Positions 1 to 9,086 of a stretch of 23,898 nt of DNA are shown here, piece by piece. Numbering within the stretch: position 1 is the stretch's first letter; each line of letters starts with the position of its first letter. The translations under genes and the position numbers were made by a program. The stretch comes from Armatimonadota bacterium (GTDB taxonomy: Bacteria > Armatimonadota > Armatimonadia > Armatimonadales > Armatimonadaceae), in contig JAYUUO010000271.1 in assembly GCA_043754515.1 (NCBI GenBank), positions 1 through 23,898 of the forward strand. Direction: 5' to 3'. A model generated the notes under the pieces. It was not told where the DNA came from. It saw nothing but the letters and a program-made list of their open reading frames with translations, and ran no database searches.

Positions 1-1
1 T

Positions 2-670
2 CCGGCGTCCCGTGCGTCCGCGCCCGCCCCCGAGATGGCTGCGACGGCACCGTCCGCGTCCGAGGCCATGACCGCCGATCAGGTGAGCACCCCCATGGCC
101 GCGCCTCTGCCACGCCGTGCGGTACGTGTTGCGGATGCCGCTAGCAAACCACGCGACATCACCTCCCATAGAGCAGTTAAGAACCCGGTCGCGTACGAAG
201 TCATTGAGGTGGTCTCGGCGGAACGTCCCGAACGGCACACCCGAAAGGTAGCACGGTATGACGCAACACCAGTCGCGACGCCCGAGCCGATCACTATAGT
301 GGACGTACCAGCACCGCTCGCCGATACAGCGACGCACGCCGCTTCGACATTCGCCAACTCAACGGAGCTGACTAGACGCACAACAGCCACGAACACTGGA
401 AGTATACCGACACCGCGCCGCGCCGCGCCTACTGTCGCTTGGGTAGCGGATACGGGTAACAATCGCGCCATCACGGTCGTCTCCACGAATACCGGCACCG
501 GCGTCTCGTCGCTCGCCTACGCCCCGCCGACCGTGACCGACTCGCTGATCCGCCAGCGGCAGAAGCGGGGCTTGTTCGGGGGCTACGGCACCGGGGGTGT
601 CGCCGTCCCTGCGACCACGACGGGGGCCGCGACCGGTGGCACGGGGGGCGAGACCGCGTCACCGTGGTAG
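2..670 (+). CDS. C-terminal part of a low-complexity Ala/Pro/Thr-rich hypothetical protein (5' end outside window)
   Basis: Frame is open from position 2 through the ATG at 35 to TAG at 668-670. Host-like codon usage; abuts the downstream TPR gene. Confidence 0.6.
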   Translation, partial: PASRASAPAPEMAATAPSASEAMTADQVSTPMAAPLPRRAVRVADAASKPRDITSHRAVKNPVAYEVIEVVSAERPERHTRKVARYDATPVATPEPITIVDVPAPLADTATHAASTFANSTELTRRTTATNTGSIPTPRRAAPTVAWVADTGNNRAITVVSTNTGTGVSSLAYAPPTVTDSLIRQRQKRGLFGGYGTGGVAVPATTTGAATGGTGGETASPW

Positions 671-2472
671 CCCTCGTGAAACACGCCCGGTATCCGCTCG
701 GGCTACTACTTGTCGTCGGCATCGGCGGGCTGGCTGGTGTCGCGCCCGCCGCCGCACAGGACAAAACGGCGCGTAAACCGCTCCGTGCGACGAGGGCGGA
801 ATTCGCCACTAGTGACTCGTCTAACACGGGTAAGGCGGAAGTGTCCCGGCAGGAAGGGGACATCGCCCTGCGTAGCGGCGAGGCGAACGGCGCCGCGCGT
901 GCCTACGCCCTCGCCGCTCTCCGCGCGCCGAACGATCCGGTGTTGCGCCTCCTAACCGGCGTGTCACTGACCACCGCGCGGAAGTCCGGGGCGGCGGTCA
1001 CGCAGTTCCGGGCCGCCTGCCGATTGACCGGCGACGACCTGGTGGCGACGCTTCTTTTGCAGGGTGCCCTTGCACAATCCGGTCAAGCCGATGCCGCGCA
1101 AACCGTGTATCTGGACGCAGTGCGCCGCTACAGCAAGCCGGGCGGGGGTCTGGACAGTTCCGCGTCGCTAACCCTGCTCAAAAACGCTCTGAAGACGGCA
1201 CCGCGGTCCCCCATTCTGCATCTCCTCGTCGGCGATGCGTACCAGATCGCGGAGAACCTGTCCGAAGCCGACGCCGCGTACCGGGCCGCGATCCAGTTGG
1301 CACCGGGCTGGGCGAAGCCGAAGGTGAATCTGGGTCTGCTCCGCCTCGCCCAGAATAAGCCGACCAGTGCCGTGGTATTATTTCAGGCGGCACTCGCGCG
1401 CGACCCCGAAAACACGGAACTGATGTTTTTCAACGCCGACGCGCAACGACAGGCCGGTAACCTGAACGGGGCGATAACCATTTACCGGAACATCCAAAAC
1501 AGCTCGGCGGCGAGCAAGACGCCCGCCGTCGCCGCGCAAGCACTGACTGGAATCGGACAAGCATACGCGGCAGGGGGCCACTACGACGACGCTCTGGCCG
1601 TGCTGAACAAGGCGCGGGTCATCGCGCCCGGCGATCCGGCTCCCCCTACCGCGATAGGCGAGGTACAGAACCAGCGGCGTGACTACAATGCAGCCGCGCG
1701 GAACTATAGCGACGCCCTACGCCTGACAAAGGCGAGCGGCCTGTTCGGTGCCCGGACGGTGCTGTACCAGGCACTCGCGCAGACGCAGATCGCGGACGGT
1801 CAGGCGGTGGAAGCCCGCAAGACCTTGGAACGCGCCCTACGGGATGAGCCGGAAGGCGCGGGCCTGTGGCACCGGTTGCTCGGCGAATCTCTGCTCGCGA
1901 CGGGGAACCAGACCGGTGCCGAAAAAGAGTTCCGCGCCTCGCTCGACGCGCAGACCGATGTCGGGGAGTTTCCACAGGAGACGCTGGCGACGATCGCTGC
2001 CAAGGGGCTACTCGACACCGTCGCGTCGGGTTACCGCGCGGACTTCAGCCCGAACCACTTTGGCTTCGCGACGGGGGCCCCCGGCAGTACGGGCACGGTT
2101 TCTATTACCGGGCGCGGCGACGGTGCCGTTGCTCCGCCCGCGCCGACCAGCCGCTACGCGAATAGTATGGTGCTCGGGGCATCCCTATCAACCCGGCAGG
2201 AACGCGAGATCCGCGCGTTCGCCGCGCTCGCTGCTATCGCGCAATACCGGGGTGACACGGCGGAGGAAATCGCGAACCGGAAAACGCTCGCCGAGAGTCG
2301 CGCGCGCAGTGCCGACTTTTTCGCGCTCGCCGACGCGTACGACGGACGCGCTCGCGACGAAGTCCGGGCGAGAGACGCGTATCAGAAGGCACTGAAAGCG
2401 GGCGGGCTGACGGAAGCGCAAGCGGCGCGCGCCCGCCTCCGGGTCAGGCAGCTCGGGGACGCGAAGCCGTAA
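664..2472 (+). CDS. Secreted tetratricopeptide-repeat protein
   Basis: 602-aa ORF with signal-peptide-like N-terminus (KHARYPLGLLLVVGIGGLAGVAPAAA-Q) and repeated TPR patterns (VGDAYQ..AYRAAIQLAP, LGLLRL..FQAALARDP, IGQAYA..LNKARVIAP). True start may be the GTG at 676. Confidence 0.85.
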   Translation: MVALVKHARYPLGLLLVVGIGGLAGVAPAAAQDKTARKPLRATRAEFATSDSSNTGKAEVSRQEGDIALRSGEANGAARAYALAALRAPNDPVLRLLTGVSLTTARKSGAAVTQFRAACRLTGDDLVATLLLQGALAQSGQADAAQTVYLDAVRRYSKPGGGLDSSASLTLLKNALKTAPRSPILHLLVGDAYQIAENLSEADAAYRAAIQLAPGWAKPKVNLGLLRLAQNKPTSAVVLFQAALARDPENTELMFFNADAQRQAGNLNGAITIYRNIQNSSAASKTPAVAAQALTGIGQAYAAGGHYDDALAVLNKARVIAPGDPAPPTAIGEVQNQRRDYNAAARNYSDALRLTKASGLFGARTVLYQALAQTQIADGQAVEARKTLERALRDEPEGAGLWHRLLGESLLATGNQTGAEKEFRASLDAQTDVGEFPQETLATIAAKGLLDTVASGYRADFSPNHFGFATGAPGSTGTVSITGRGDGAVAPPAPTSRYANSMVLGASLSTRQEREIRAFAALAAIAQYRGDTAEEIANRKTLAESRARSADFFALADAYDGRARDEVRARDAYQKALKAGGLTEAQAARARLRVRQLGDAKP

Positions 2473-2511
2473 GTCGCCCACCTACATACTAACTCACAGC
2501 CGCAACCTAAC

Positions 2512-3471
2512 TCAAAGCCGCCACAGGAAAACCGAACCGTCCGTGCCGCCCGTCGCCAGCGTCTTGCCGTCGGGCGAGAACGCCAGCGCGGTGATGCGGG
2601 GGGCGCCCTTGCCGGGGCTGTTCGCGTGCGCGAAGCGCGGCATTTTCCGGGCCGGTTTGTAGATGCCGTCACTCCCCATAGTAAAGCGGTAGACCCAGCC
2701 ATCCTGATCGCCCGCCGCGCATTCGCGACGATCCGGCGTGTAGGCGACCGCAGTCATCTTATCCAGCGTCGCCTTCGGGAGCGGCAAGCCCGATACGGTC
2801 AGCGGCTCGTCAAACTGTCCGGGCTTCGTCTCAACCGTCACCGTTTTCGTCAGCGGGTCGAGCCGATCGGTTCGGGGCGCGGTCACGGCCCCCGCCGCGT
2901 ACAGCATAGACAGTTTTCCCGTGCCTGTCTCCCAATGGTAAAGAGGACGCGGGATGGCGAGCGACTCGATCATCTTCGAGGCAGCACCGTCGTTCTTCCA
3001 GACCGTCAGTTTACCGTTCCAGGTCGCGATGTAGGTGCCGTCCGGCGAGTAGAGCGCGGGGCCGCCCCCGGCACCGAAGTACACGTGGAGCATCTGATTC
3101 CGCCGAATCGGGACGTGACCGTACGCACCGGCGTCGCGGGTCGGCAGCTCGCTGTCCGGCTTGTCGGTAGACTCCCACAGAATCGCGCCGCCCCCGGCGG
3201 TCTTATCGCCCGCTGAGATCAGGAGCGTCCCCACGTGGCGCGGGTCGAAGGCGAGCGAGATCACCGACTTGTTGTCCGGGGCGGGAAGCATGGCGTCCGG
3301 CACGCCCAGTTTGTCGTTGCGGCTCTGGTTCCACCACGCGGCGAACCAGGCGATGGGAACGGTGCAGATCAGTAGCACGAACAGGACGCGTAACAGTGGC
3401 GGGATCTTGGGTCCCGTAGTCACGGAGACGGTGCTAGTTGCGGCTTGTTTCGAGGTAATTGGCGGTGTCAC
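2512..3471 (-). CDS. Membrane-anchored WD40/beta-propeller protein
   Basis: N-terminal hydrophobic helix (LLRVLFVLLICTVPIAWFAAWW). WD40-like blades SVISLAFDP, YSPDGTYIA, VAYTPDRRECAAGDQDG and ITALAFSPDGKTLATGGTDGSVFLW. Start may be the GTG at 3423. Confidence 0.85.
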   Translation of the reverse strand: MTPPITSKQAATSTVSVTTGPKIPPLLRVLFVLLICTVPIAWFAAWWNQSRNDKLGVPDAMLPAPDNKSVISLAFDPRHVGTLLISAGDKTAGGGAILWESTDKPDSELPTRDAGAYGHVPIRRNQMLHVYFGAGGGPALYSPDGTYIATWNGKLTVWKNDGAASKMIESLAIPRPLYHWETGTGKLSMLYAAGAVTAPRTDRLDPLTKTVTVETKPGQFDEPLTVSGLPLPKATLDKMTAVAYTPDRRECAAGDQDGWVYRFTMGSDGIYKPARKMPRFAHANSPGKGAPRITALAFSPDGKTLATGGTDGSVFLWRL

Positions 3472-3745
3472 GCAGAGTTAACGGTTCGGAGCGGCCAGGG
3501 GTTACGGCCTTGTCGCGTAAATAAACTTTCACCCGCCGATCCTCGCCCTGCCCGGTGATCAGGAGGCGCACCACGCCCGCGAACGGCGCGACGAGCACCC
3601 GTTGCAGGTCGCCGTCCAGCCCCAGCACCTCGCCCGCGCGAACGGTCGCACCATCGCGCAAAATGCCCGCGTAAAGCGGGTGTAGATCGAAAGAGAGCGG
3701 TGACGCCCCCTGGCGCGTGGCGGATTTGAGATCGTTACTCGTCAT
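3434..3745 (-). CDS. Small hypothetical protein with biotinyl/lipoyl-like hybrid motif
   Basis: 103-aa ORF with AAGGA upstream of the ATG. GATVRAGEVLG...VLVAPFAGVV resembles barrel-sandwich hybrid motifs. Confidence 0.6.
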   Translation of the reverse strand: MTSNDLKSATRQGASPLSFDLHPLYAGILRDGATVRAGEVLGLDGDLQRVLVAPFAGVVRLLITGQGEDRRVKVYLRDKAVTPGRSEPLTLRDTANYLETSRN

Positions 3746-3914
3746 CGGATTGAGAATGTTTCCTTACGCGAGCGGCATCCTCGCCGCGTCGCCTTGCCTT
3801 AAAAATATCCCGAAAGCCGTTCGGGACGGGGAACTGAAGTTACCGCCTCATAGACTACGAATCAGGCGAACAGGTTCCGTCTCGTCGCCACATTACCAGT
3901 GGTATTGTCCCCAC

Positions 3915-5162
3915 TCATTCCGGGGCGATATATACGGGGTTGCTCCATATCCATGGGCGCATGCCCCAGTAGAACGCGCCGAAACGTCCGCTATACCGGT
4001 ACGCTTCGACGCGGTACGCACCGGGAGTCGCGGGCAATGTGACCGATAAACAACCGCCTTCCGACGATGCGACCGGTTCACCATCCCGGTACAGGCGGAG
4101 CAGAATATTCTCGCCCGGCACCGTCGCCGCGAAGCGCGCCGACTCCCCATCCCGCGCCGCCAACCTCTCTCCCATTGTGACTTCCAGATCTGTCCTCTCG
4201 TTGGTCGTGTGGAAACCGAAACCAGTTGGATCGCCCAGGCAGTCATACGAAAAATAGCACCGACCGGCACGGAGCGCGGCGTTCACGGCGGGCACCCGCC
4301 CCGCCCCGCTAACCTCCGCCGGGACGAAAACGTGCGTCTGGCACGCGCGGAACGAGTCCTCATAGGTCGGGATCGAGTACATTTTGCCGAACATCTTCAT
4401 TCGGGCGTGCGCGTCGAGCGAGCCGATCCCGACCACTCGCCTACGCCCGCCCCGCGTCAGCGCGTCCCAGCGGGCGAGCGCGGCGTCGGGGCGCGTGGCC
4501 ATCATGCGGATCACCGCCGCCATCCCGCCCGAATGTCGCGCCAGCAGAATCCAGAGCAGCGACAGAAAGTTGATGTGCCGCCGCGCGATGGTGGAGAAGT
4601 TCAGCACCTCCAACCCCTCGTAGCCGGTGATGTCCCAGTCCTCGAACGGGTGCTTCATGTCGAACGGGAGCGAGATCAGCGGGAACGCGCGGGCGGCCCG
4701 GATGGCGTCCACACCCGCCTGCGCCGTGCCGCCCGCGACCGGCTCGTACTCGGGCGGGGCGTCCAGCGCGAGCAGGAACCGCCCGTCCCCCACCGTCACT
4801 TCGGCACCGACCAGCAGAAACGGCGACGACTCGGCGTACCGCTCCTGCCACCCGTCCCGGAGCGGCTCCATCGTGTTGTGATCCGCGAGCAGGACGAAGT
4901 CAACGCCCGCGTTGCTGGCCGCCGCCATCACGGTCGGCACGTCGCCCAGCCCGTCGCTGTAGGTCGAGTGGTTATGGAGCGCGCCGCGCAGGTCGCGCAT
5001 CCCCTCACCCTTCCCCTTCGCACCCGAAACGGGGCAAGGTGACAAGTCGGCAACGGGGGTGAGCGGCACCCAGGCGAACCGTCCGATTACGGCGTCCCAG
5101 AAGCCGGGCGCGAAGATGACGTTATAGGCGATGCGAAGTTTAGTGCGGAGGGAAGATGCCAT
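3915..5162 (-). CDS. PHP-domain metallohydrolase (CehA/McbA-like)
   Basis: Motifs GALHNHSTYSDG, LADHN, GAEVT, GLEVLN, GSLDAH and a C-terminal GAYRVE...WSNPVY. Confidence 0.85.
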   Translation of the reverse strand: MASSLRTKLRIAYNVIFAPGFWDAVIGRFAWVPLTPVADLSPCPVSGAKGKGEGMRDLRGALHNHSTYSDGLGDVPTVMAAASNAGVDFVLLADHNTMEPLRDGWQERYAESSPFLLVGAEVTVGDGRFLLALDAPPEYEPVAGGTAQAGVDAIRAARAFPLISLPFDMKHPFEDWDITGYEGLEVLNFSTIARRHINFLSLLWILLARHSGGMAAVIRMMATRPDAALARWDALTRGGRRRVVGIGSLDAHARMKMFGKMYSIPTYEDSFRACQTHVFVPAEVSGAGRVPAVNAALRAGRCYFSYDCLGDPTGFGFHTTNERTDLEVTMGERLAARDGESARFAATVPGENILLRLYRDGEPVASSEGGCLSVTLPATPGAYRVEAYRYSGRFGAFYWGMRPWIWSNPVYIAPE

Positions 5163-5200
5163 GACCGGGGGTCGCGCGCGGGGATGTGCGTAGTTGCCTT

Positions 5201-5209
5201 ACTTTACCA
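5201..5209 (-). promoter_or_regulatory. Possible extended -10 element (TGGTAAAGT) for the PHP gene
   Basis: TGn-TAnnnT about 40 nt upstream of the ATG at 5162. Confidence 0.3.
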
Positions 5210-5392
5210 CGACGGTTGATGGCGGGGAGCACCGGCCGTTTTGGTCGGTTCGGCCCGGACGGTGGTTCGGGAGGTTTGGTTGGGTGGTGGGTGCGTCGGA
5301 AACAAGGTCGAGCGTGGGCGTGGGGCGGGGATCGTTGATCCTCCGGTGGAAGCGTTCCGCTTGGTGTTCCTGCGGAACTTGTGTCGGGGGGC

Positions 5393-5555
5393 GGTCATGC
5401 GGGTGAATCCGCGACCTGTACAAACGAATCCCGCCTTCGCGGGGTGAATGCATCCATGTCAATGATTTTAGGCGTTGCCACCTGAAGGTGTCCCCTGTAT
5501 TCACCCCGCGAAGGCGGGATTCGTTTGTACAGGTCGCGGATTCACCCACATGACC
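5393..5555. repeat. REPIN/MITE-like long inverted repeat (60-bp arms, 43-bp spacer)
   Basis: 5393-5452 and 5496-5555 are reverse complements with 2 mismatches. Each arm holds an internal hairpin CCCGCCTTCGCGGG / CCCGCGAAGGCGGG. Confidence 0.9.
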
Positions 5556-5721
5556 TAACCATCCTCCGCCGAACCCCTCCCCAAACCACTAAATTCCATC
5601 CTCAACCACCCCCCACGTTACCAGATCAGTCCCACGCGTGACCGGCACCCAACCGCTATGATGCTGAACCCGCCCCTGTTCACTCGCGTGACGAAGGCAA
5701 CCCCACCAGACCACCCGCTAT

Positions 5722-7725
5722 CTACGGACGTCCAGTGAGAACGGCGCGGAAGCCGAAGTAGTCGTCCCTAGTCGTAGGTGAACTCCCATTACGAAGTGCC
5801 GAACGGAAATAGCCGGGGATGCTTATGTACCCGGAGCCGCCGCGTAGAATGCGTGTCTCACCCGCCGCCTCGTTCACAGGGTCAGTTTCGGTCGCGCGGT
5901 AACTTGTGTAGAACCCACCATCGTACCGGTCCTCGCACCACTGCCACACATTTCCCGCCATGTCCAAACATCCGTATGGACTCGCCCCGGCCAGGAAGTA
6001 GCCTGCCTCTCGGGTACCTCTTGCGTCACCCTGCTTCGCCTTGCTACACCACAGGTTCGTCGCGTCGAACTCATTGCCCCATGGGTACTCACGCCCATCA
6101 ATGCCACGCGCTGCTTTCTCCCACTGCGCCTCGGTAGGCAGTTTCACATCCGCCCATGCGCAGTATGCCTGAGCATCCTCCCAGGACACATTTACTACCG
6201 GGTGATCCTTTTTTGCCCAACCCAAGTTGAAAGCTGGCTCCGGTGGCATTCTCCGCTTCGTCGCCTTGCATAACTCCTGCCACATCCCCACTGTTACCGC
6301 TGTCTTCCCGATCCGGTACGCCGACAAGGTCACCTTATGAGCAGGTTTCTCATCCCCCTCATGGCCGTCGCTTCCCATCGTGAACTCCCCCACAGGAACC
6401 ATCACCATCTGCGACTTGTACCGCGCCAGCGTCAGAGGCGGCACGAACTGCTCCAACGCCACTGCCTTGATCACATCCGCAGACTCCACAGGCATATCGG
6501 GTTTGGGTCGCAAGGCCATAAAGACCCCCAATGTGCTTTTCGACGTGGGCGGGGGCACGTAGGGCACAATAGGTTTCGAAGGCAACGCCGCAAGCACTAC
6601 CGGCAACGTCACCATCTTGCCACGGAGCAACTTTACCGTCCGCCCCGACGCCTTGTAGCCGTCCGCCGCGATATCCACCTCCACTGTCTTCTCCTTCGTC
6701 AAGCCCAGATCCACCGCGTACTCGCCGTCCGCGACCGGCGCGTCGTTCACCATCACTGTTGCCCCCGGCACATTTGTCGTGACCATTAAACGCGCCGTCG
6801 TGTCCAGCACGCTCGCGTTCGCCGCTTCAGTCACCGGGTGCGGTGCGGGTGCCGCGTCGCCCGGCATCAGGCAGAACTCGTCGCCGTCAATCAGGCCGTC
6901 GTACACGTACGGGAACTGCTTCTTGCCGCTCGCCTCGTAGACCGCCTTGCGCGTCCGCGAAAAGACCGTGTTCAGCGGCATCCCCGGCTTGCGCAGGAAC
7001 GTCAGGAGCGAGGCGGTATACAGGCCATTCCGCCCACCCGCGTTATCGCTCGCCGTGGTGCCCGCCGCCGTCGCGTACGCGATCAGCATCCCCGCCGCTT
7101 CGAGTTTAGCCAGACCCCGCCCACCGCCCAGGCTACGGCCTTTTGTCGCGAATGGGTTGTCGCGGCACGCGTCCGGCACCGCGATGTTGACCCGCGCGTT
7201 CGCCCCCTGCATTTCGTCAAGTGCCGTCTGCGCCGACAGCGCGTGCCGTCCCATGTCGCGGTCATTGGTGGGCATGGCAAAGCCGATCGGCACGAGGTAG
7301 TTCTCGCCATTGACCTGGATGCCGTGCCCCGAGTAGTACAGCATCGCGACCGAGCCTGAACCGGCGGCGCGGATGGCGTCCGCGAACGCATGCACGGCGT
7401 CGCTCATCTGATCCAGCGAACCATCGAGTAGCACGGTTGACGTGAAGCCGAGCGTGCCCAGAGTTTTGGCGATGTCGCGGGCGTCGTTCTCCGGGTTCTT
7501 AAGTCCGTTCTCGCCACCGTAGTGCGTATTGCCGAGGATCAGCGCGAGCCGCTTCTGCCCGGTGGCGGGCACGGACGCGCTGGCCTTCTCGACCCACGAT
7601 CTGCCGGGCGTCTGCGCGAGGGCGCGGGGCGTCGGGATCATGAGTGGGAGCGCGACGAGGGCGGTTAGCAGAAGGATGCGACGGATAATTCGGGGGATCG
7701 GCGGTATAGGTGACGATGTTGGCAT
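5722..7725 (-). CDS. Secreted caspase (peptidase C14) + PEGA-like + FGE-sulfatase/SUMF1 domain protein
   Basis: Signal peptide. Caspase motifs RLALILGN, LKNPENDA, YYSGHG, DACR, AYAT. PEGA-like VTTNVPGATV..ADGY. FGE motifs FTMGS, EKPAH, PVVNVSWEDAQAYC, LPTEAQWEKAARG, YPWG, DMAGNVWQWC, RGGS, GFR. Confidence 0.92.
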   Translation of the reverse strand: MPTSSPIPPIPRIIRRILLLTALVALPLMIPTPRALAQTPGRSWVEKASASVPATGQKRLALILGNTHYGGENGLKNPENDARDIAKTLGTLGFTSTVLLDGSLDQMSDAVHAFADAIRAAGSGSVAMLYYSGHGIQVNGENYLVPIGFAMPTNDRDMGRHALSAQTALDEMQGANARVNIAVPDACRDNPFATKGRSLGGGRGLAKLEAAGMLIAYATAAGTTASDNAGGRNGLYTASLLTFLRKPGMPLNTVFSRTRKAVYEASGKKQFPYVYDGLIDGDEFCLMPGDAAPAPHPVTEAANASVLDTTARLMVTTNVPGATVMVNDAPVADGEYAVDLGLTKEKTVEVDIAADGYKASGRTVKLLRGKMVTLPVVLAALPSKPIVPYVPPPTSKSTLGVFMALRPKPDMPVESADVIKAVALEQFVPPLTLARYKSQMVMVPVGEFTMGSDGHEGDEKPAHKVTLSAYRIGKTAVTVGMWQELCKATKRRMPPEPAFNLGWAKKDHPVVNVSWEDAQAYCAWADVKLPTEAQWEKAARGIDGREYPWGNEFDATNLWCSKAKQGDARGTREAGYFLAGASPYGCLDMAGNVWQWCEDRYDGGFYTSYRATETDPVNEAAGETRILRGGSGYISIPGYFRSALRNGSSPTTRDDYFGFRAVLTGRP

Positions 7726-8050
7726 GGGGGATTTTCACGCCTACTGTACAAGGGATTCGCCCGGTCGCCTTGGTTAGTTTCCTCACAGTGCGCGTACTGA
7801 TGTCCGCCGCGGTCACCCACGCCTTGAGCCGGGCGCGGTGGGGCGTGTCTTCGCGTGTCGCCCTCTCTTCCCCGAATGCCACTTCTGGCGTGACCGTTCC
7901 CAGCCCACCGCGCCCGGATCGAGGGCGAGACTTGGCGGGGGCAGTTGGAAGTCAGGCTACTCTTTCCGCTCGACGCCCCCGACTGGGACGACATTCTCGG
8001 CTGACGGGTTCGCGGGACCGATGCCGCGACCCGACATCACCTCACACAAT

Positions 8051-8086
8051 CCCGCGTCCGGCCGCGCTGATGCGGTCGGGCGCGGG
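8051..8086. terminator. GC-rich hairpin downstream of the PEP-CTERM gene
   Basis: CCCGCGTCCGGCCGC-N6-GCGGTCGGGCGCGGG forms a 15-bp stem with two G-U pairs on the + strand, 8 nt past the stop at 8095. No U-tract. Confidence 0.4.
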
Positions 8087-8094
8087 AACCGCTA

Positions 8095-9086
8095 CTACCC
8101 CTTGCGGCGACGGGCTATGACCAGTCCGATAGGCGCGGCGGCGAGGAGCGCGAGCCACCCCGTCCCCGCTTCCGGCACCGTCACGTTGGTCAGGCGGAGC
8201 ACCTGCCCACCACCCGGCGATGTTCCCAAGTTCGACACGTAGAGCGAGCCGTCGGCACTGCCTGATAGAACGGCCCACCATTCGCGGGCTTTTTCGGGTC
8301 GAACAACGGGTTGGCTTGGGCGGGGAAAACCGCCGCGAGGCTGACCGTGGTCAGGTCAGTCCCGACTTTCCACAGAGCGTTCGCGCCCGCGTCCAGGACG
8401 TTCATCCCACTGCCCGTTGCCGCGATCAGGCTATACGGGTTGGAGTTGACGTCGCCGCCGTCCGGGTTCGTGTTCGTCTCCATGGGCACGAAATCAGCCA
8501 GGTAGTTGATGCCGGGATTCGCGCCCATGTTCAACTGGACGAGCCGTCCGAAGTTGTTGCCGGGGCTGCCCGCGACGCCGTTCGTGGTCGCCGAGTTGTT
8601 CAGCGCGGTGCGCTCGTTGCCCGCGCCCGGCGAGCCGATCACTCCGTACGCCTGATCCCCGACGAACAGGATGCTGTCCAGGCCGATCGCGCCATTGCCC
8701 GCCGGTTGTGTCGGACCACCGCTCGTGTTGACCGCGAGCGAGGGCAGACCGGACAACACGCGGGTCTGCACCCCGTTTGCGTAGCGGCTGACCGAGCCGG
8801 TCGCGCCGTAGGCGGACGTATCGCCCGAGATCCCGAGCACGGTTGCCGGGTTCGCGACGCCGGTGCCGACCGCGCCGGTACCCGACTCGGCGACATAGAG
8901 CGAGCCGTCGGGCGCGAACGCCAGCCCGCGCGGGTTATTCAGATTCGACATGATGACCTGCGCCGTCACGGGGCGGGCGGACGCGGGGGACGACGCGCCG
9001 GCCAGCACCGCCGACGCGCACAGACACGAGAAACTACCGACACGAACGGCGTGAGCCATCCGTTCCACCGAATTGATCCGTTGCAT
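8095..9086 (-). pseudogene. ScyD/ScyE-family beta-propeller PEP-CTERM protein, internally deleted and frameshifted
   Basis: ATG at 9086 after GGAAGGAAAG; signal peptide; motifs LNNPRGLAFAPDGSLYVAESG, NPDGGDVNSNPY, DAGAN and QAVPT. At about 8250-8256 the frame changes to DGSLYVSNLGTSPGGGQVLRL...VPEAGTGWLALLAAAPIGLVIARRRKG* (8256-8095). Confidence 0.85.

Noticed and set aside
5163..5721. DGR template repeat or RT near the FGE gene
   Set aside because: No second copy of the 5722-5860 sequence and no RT motifs were found by eye anywhere in the window.
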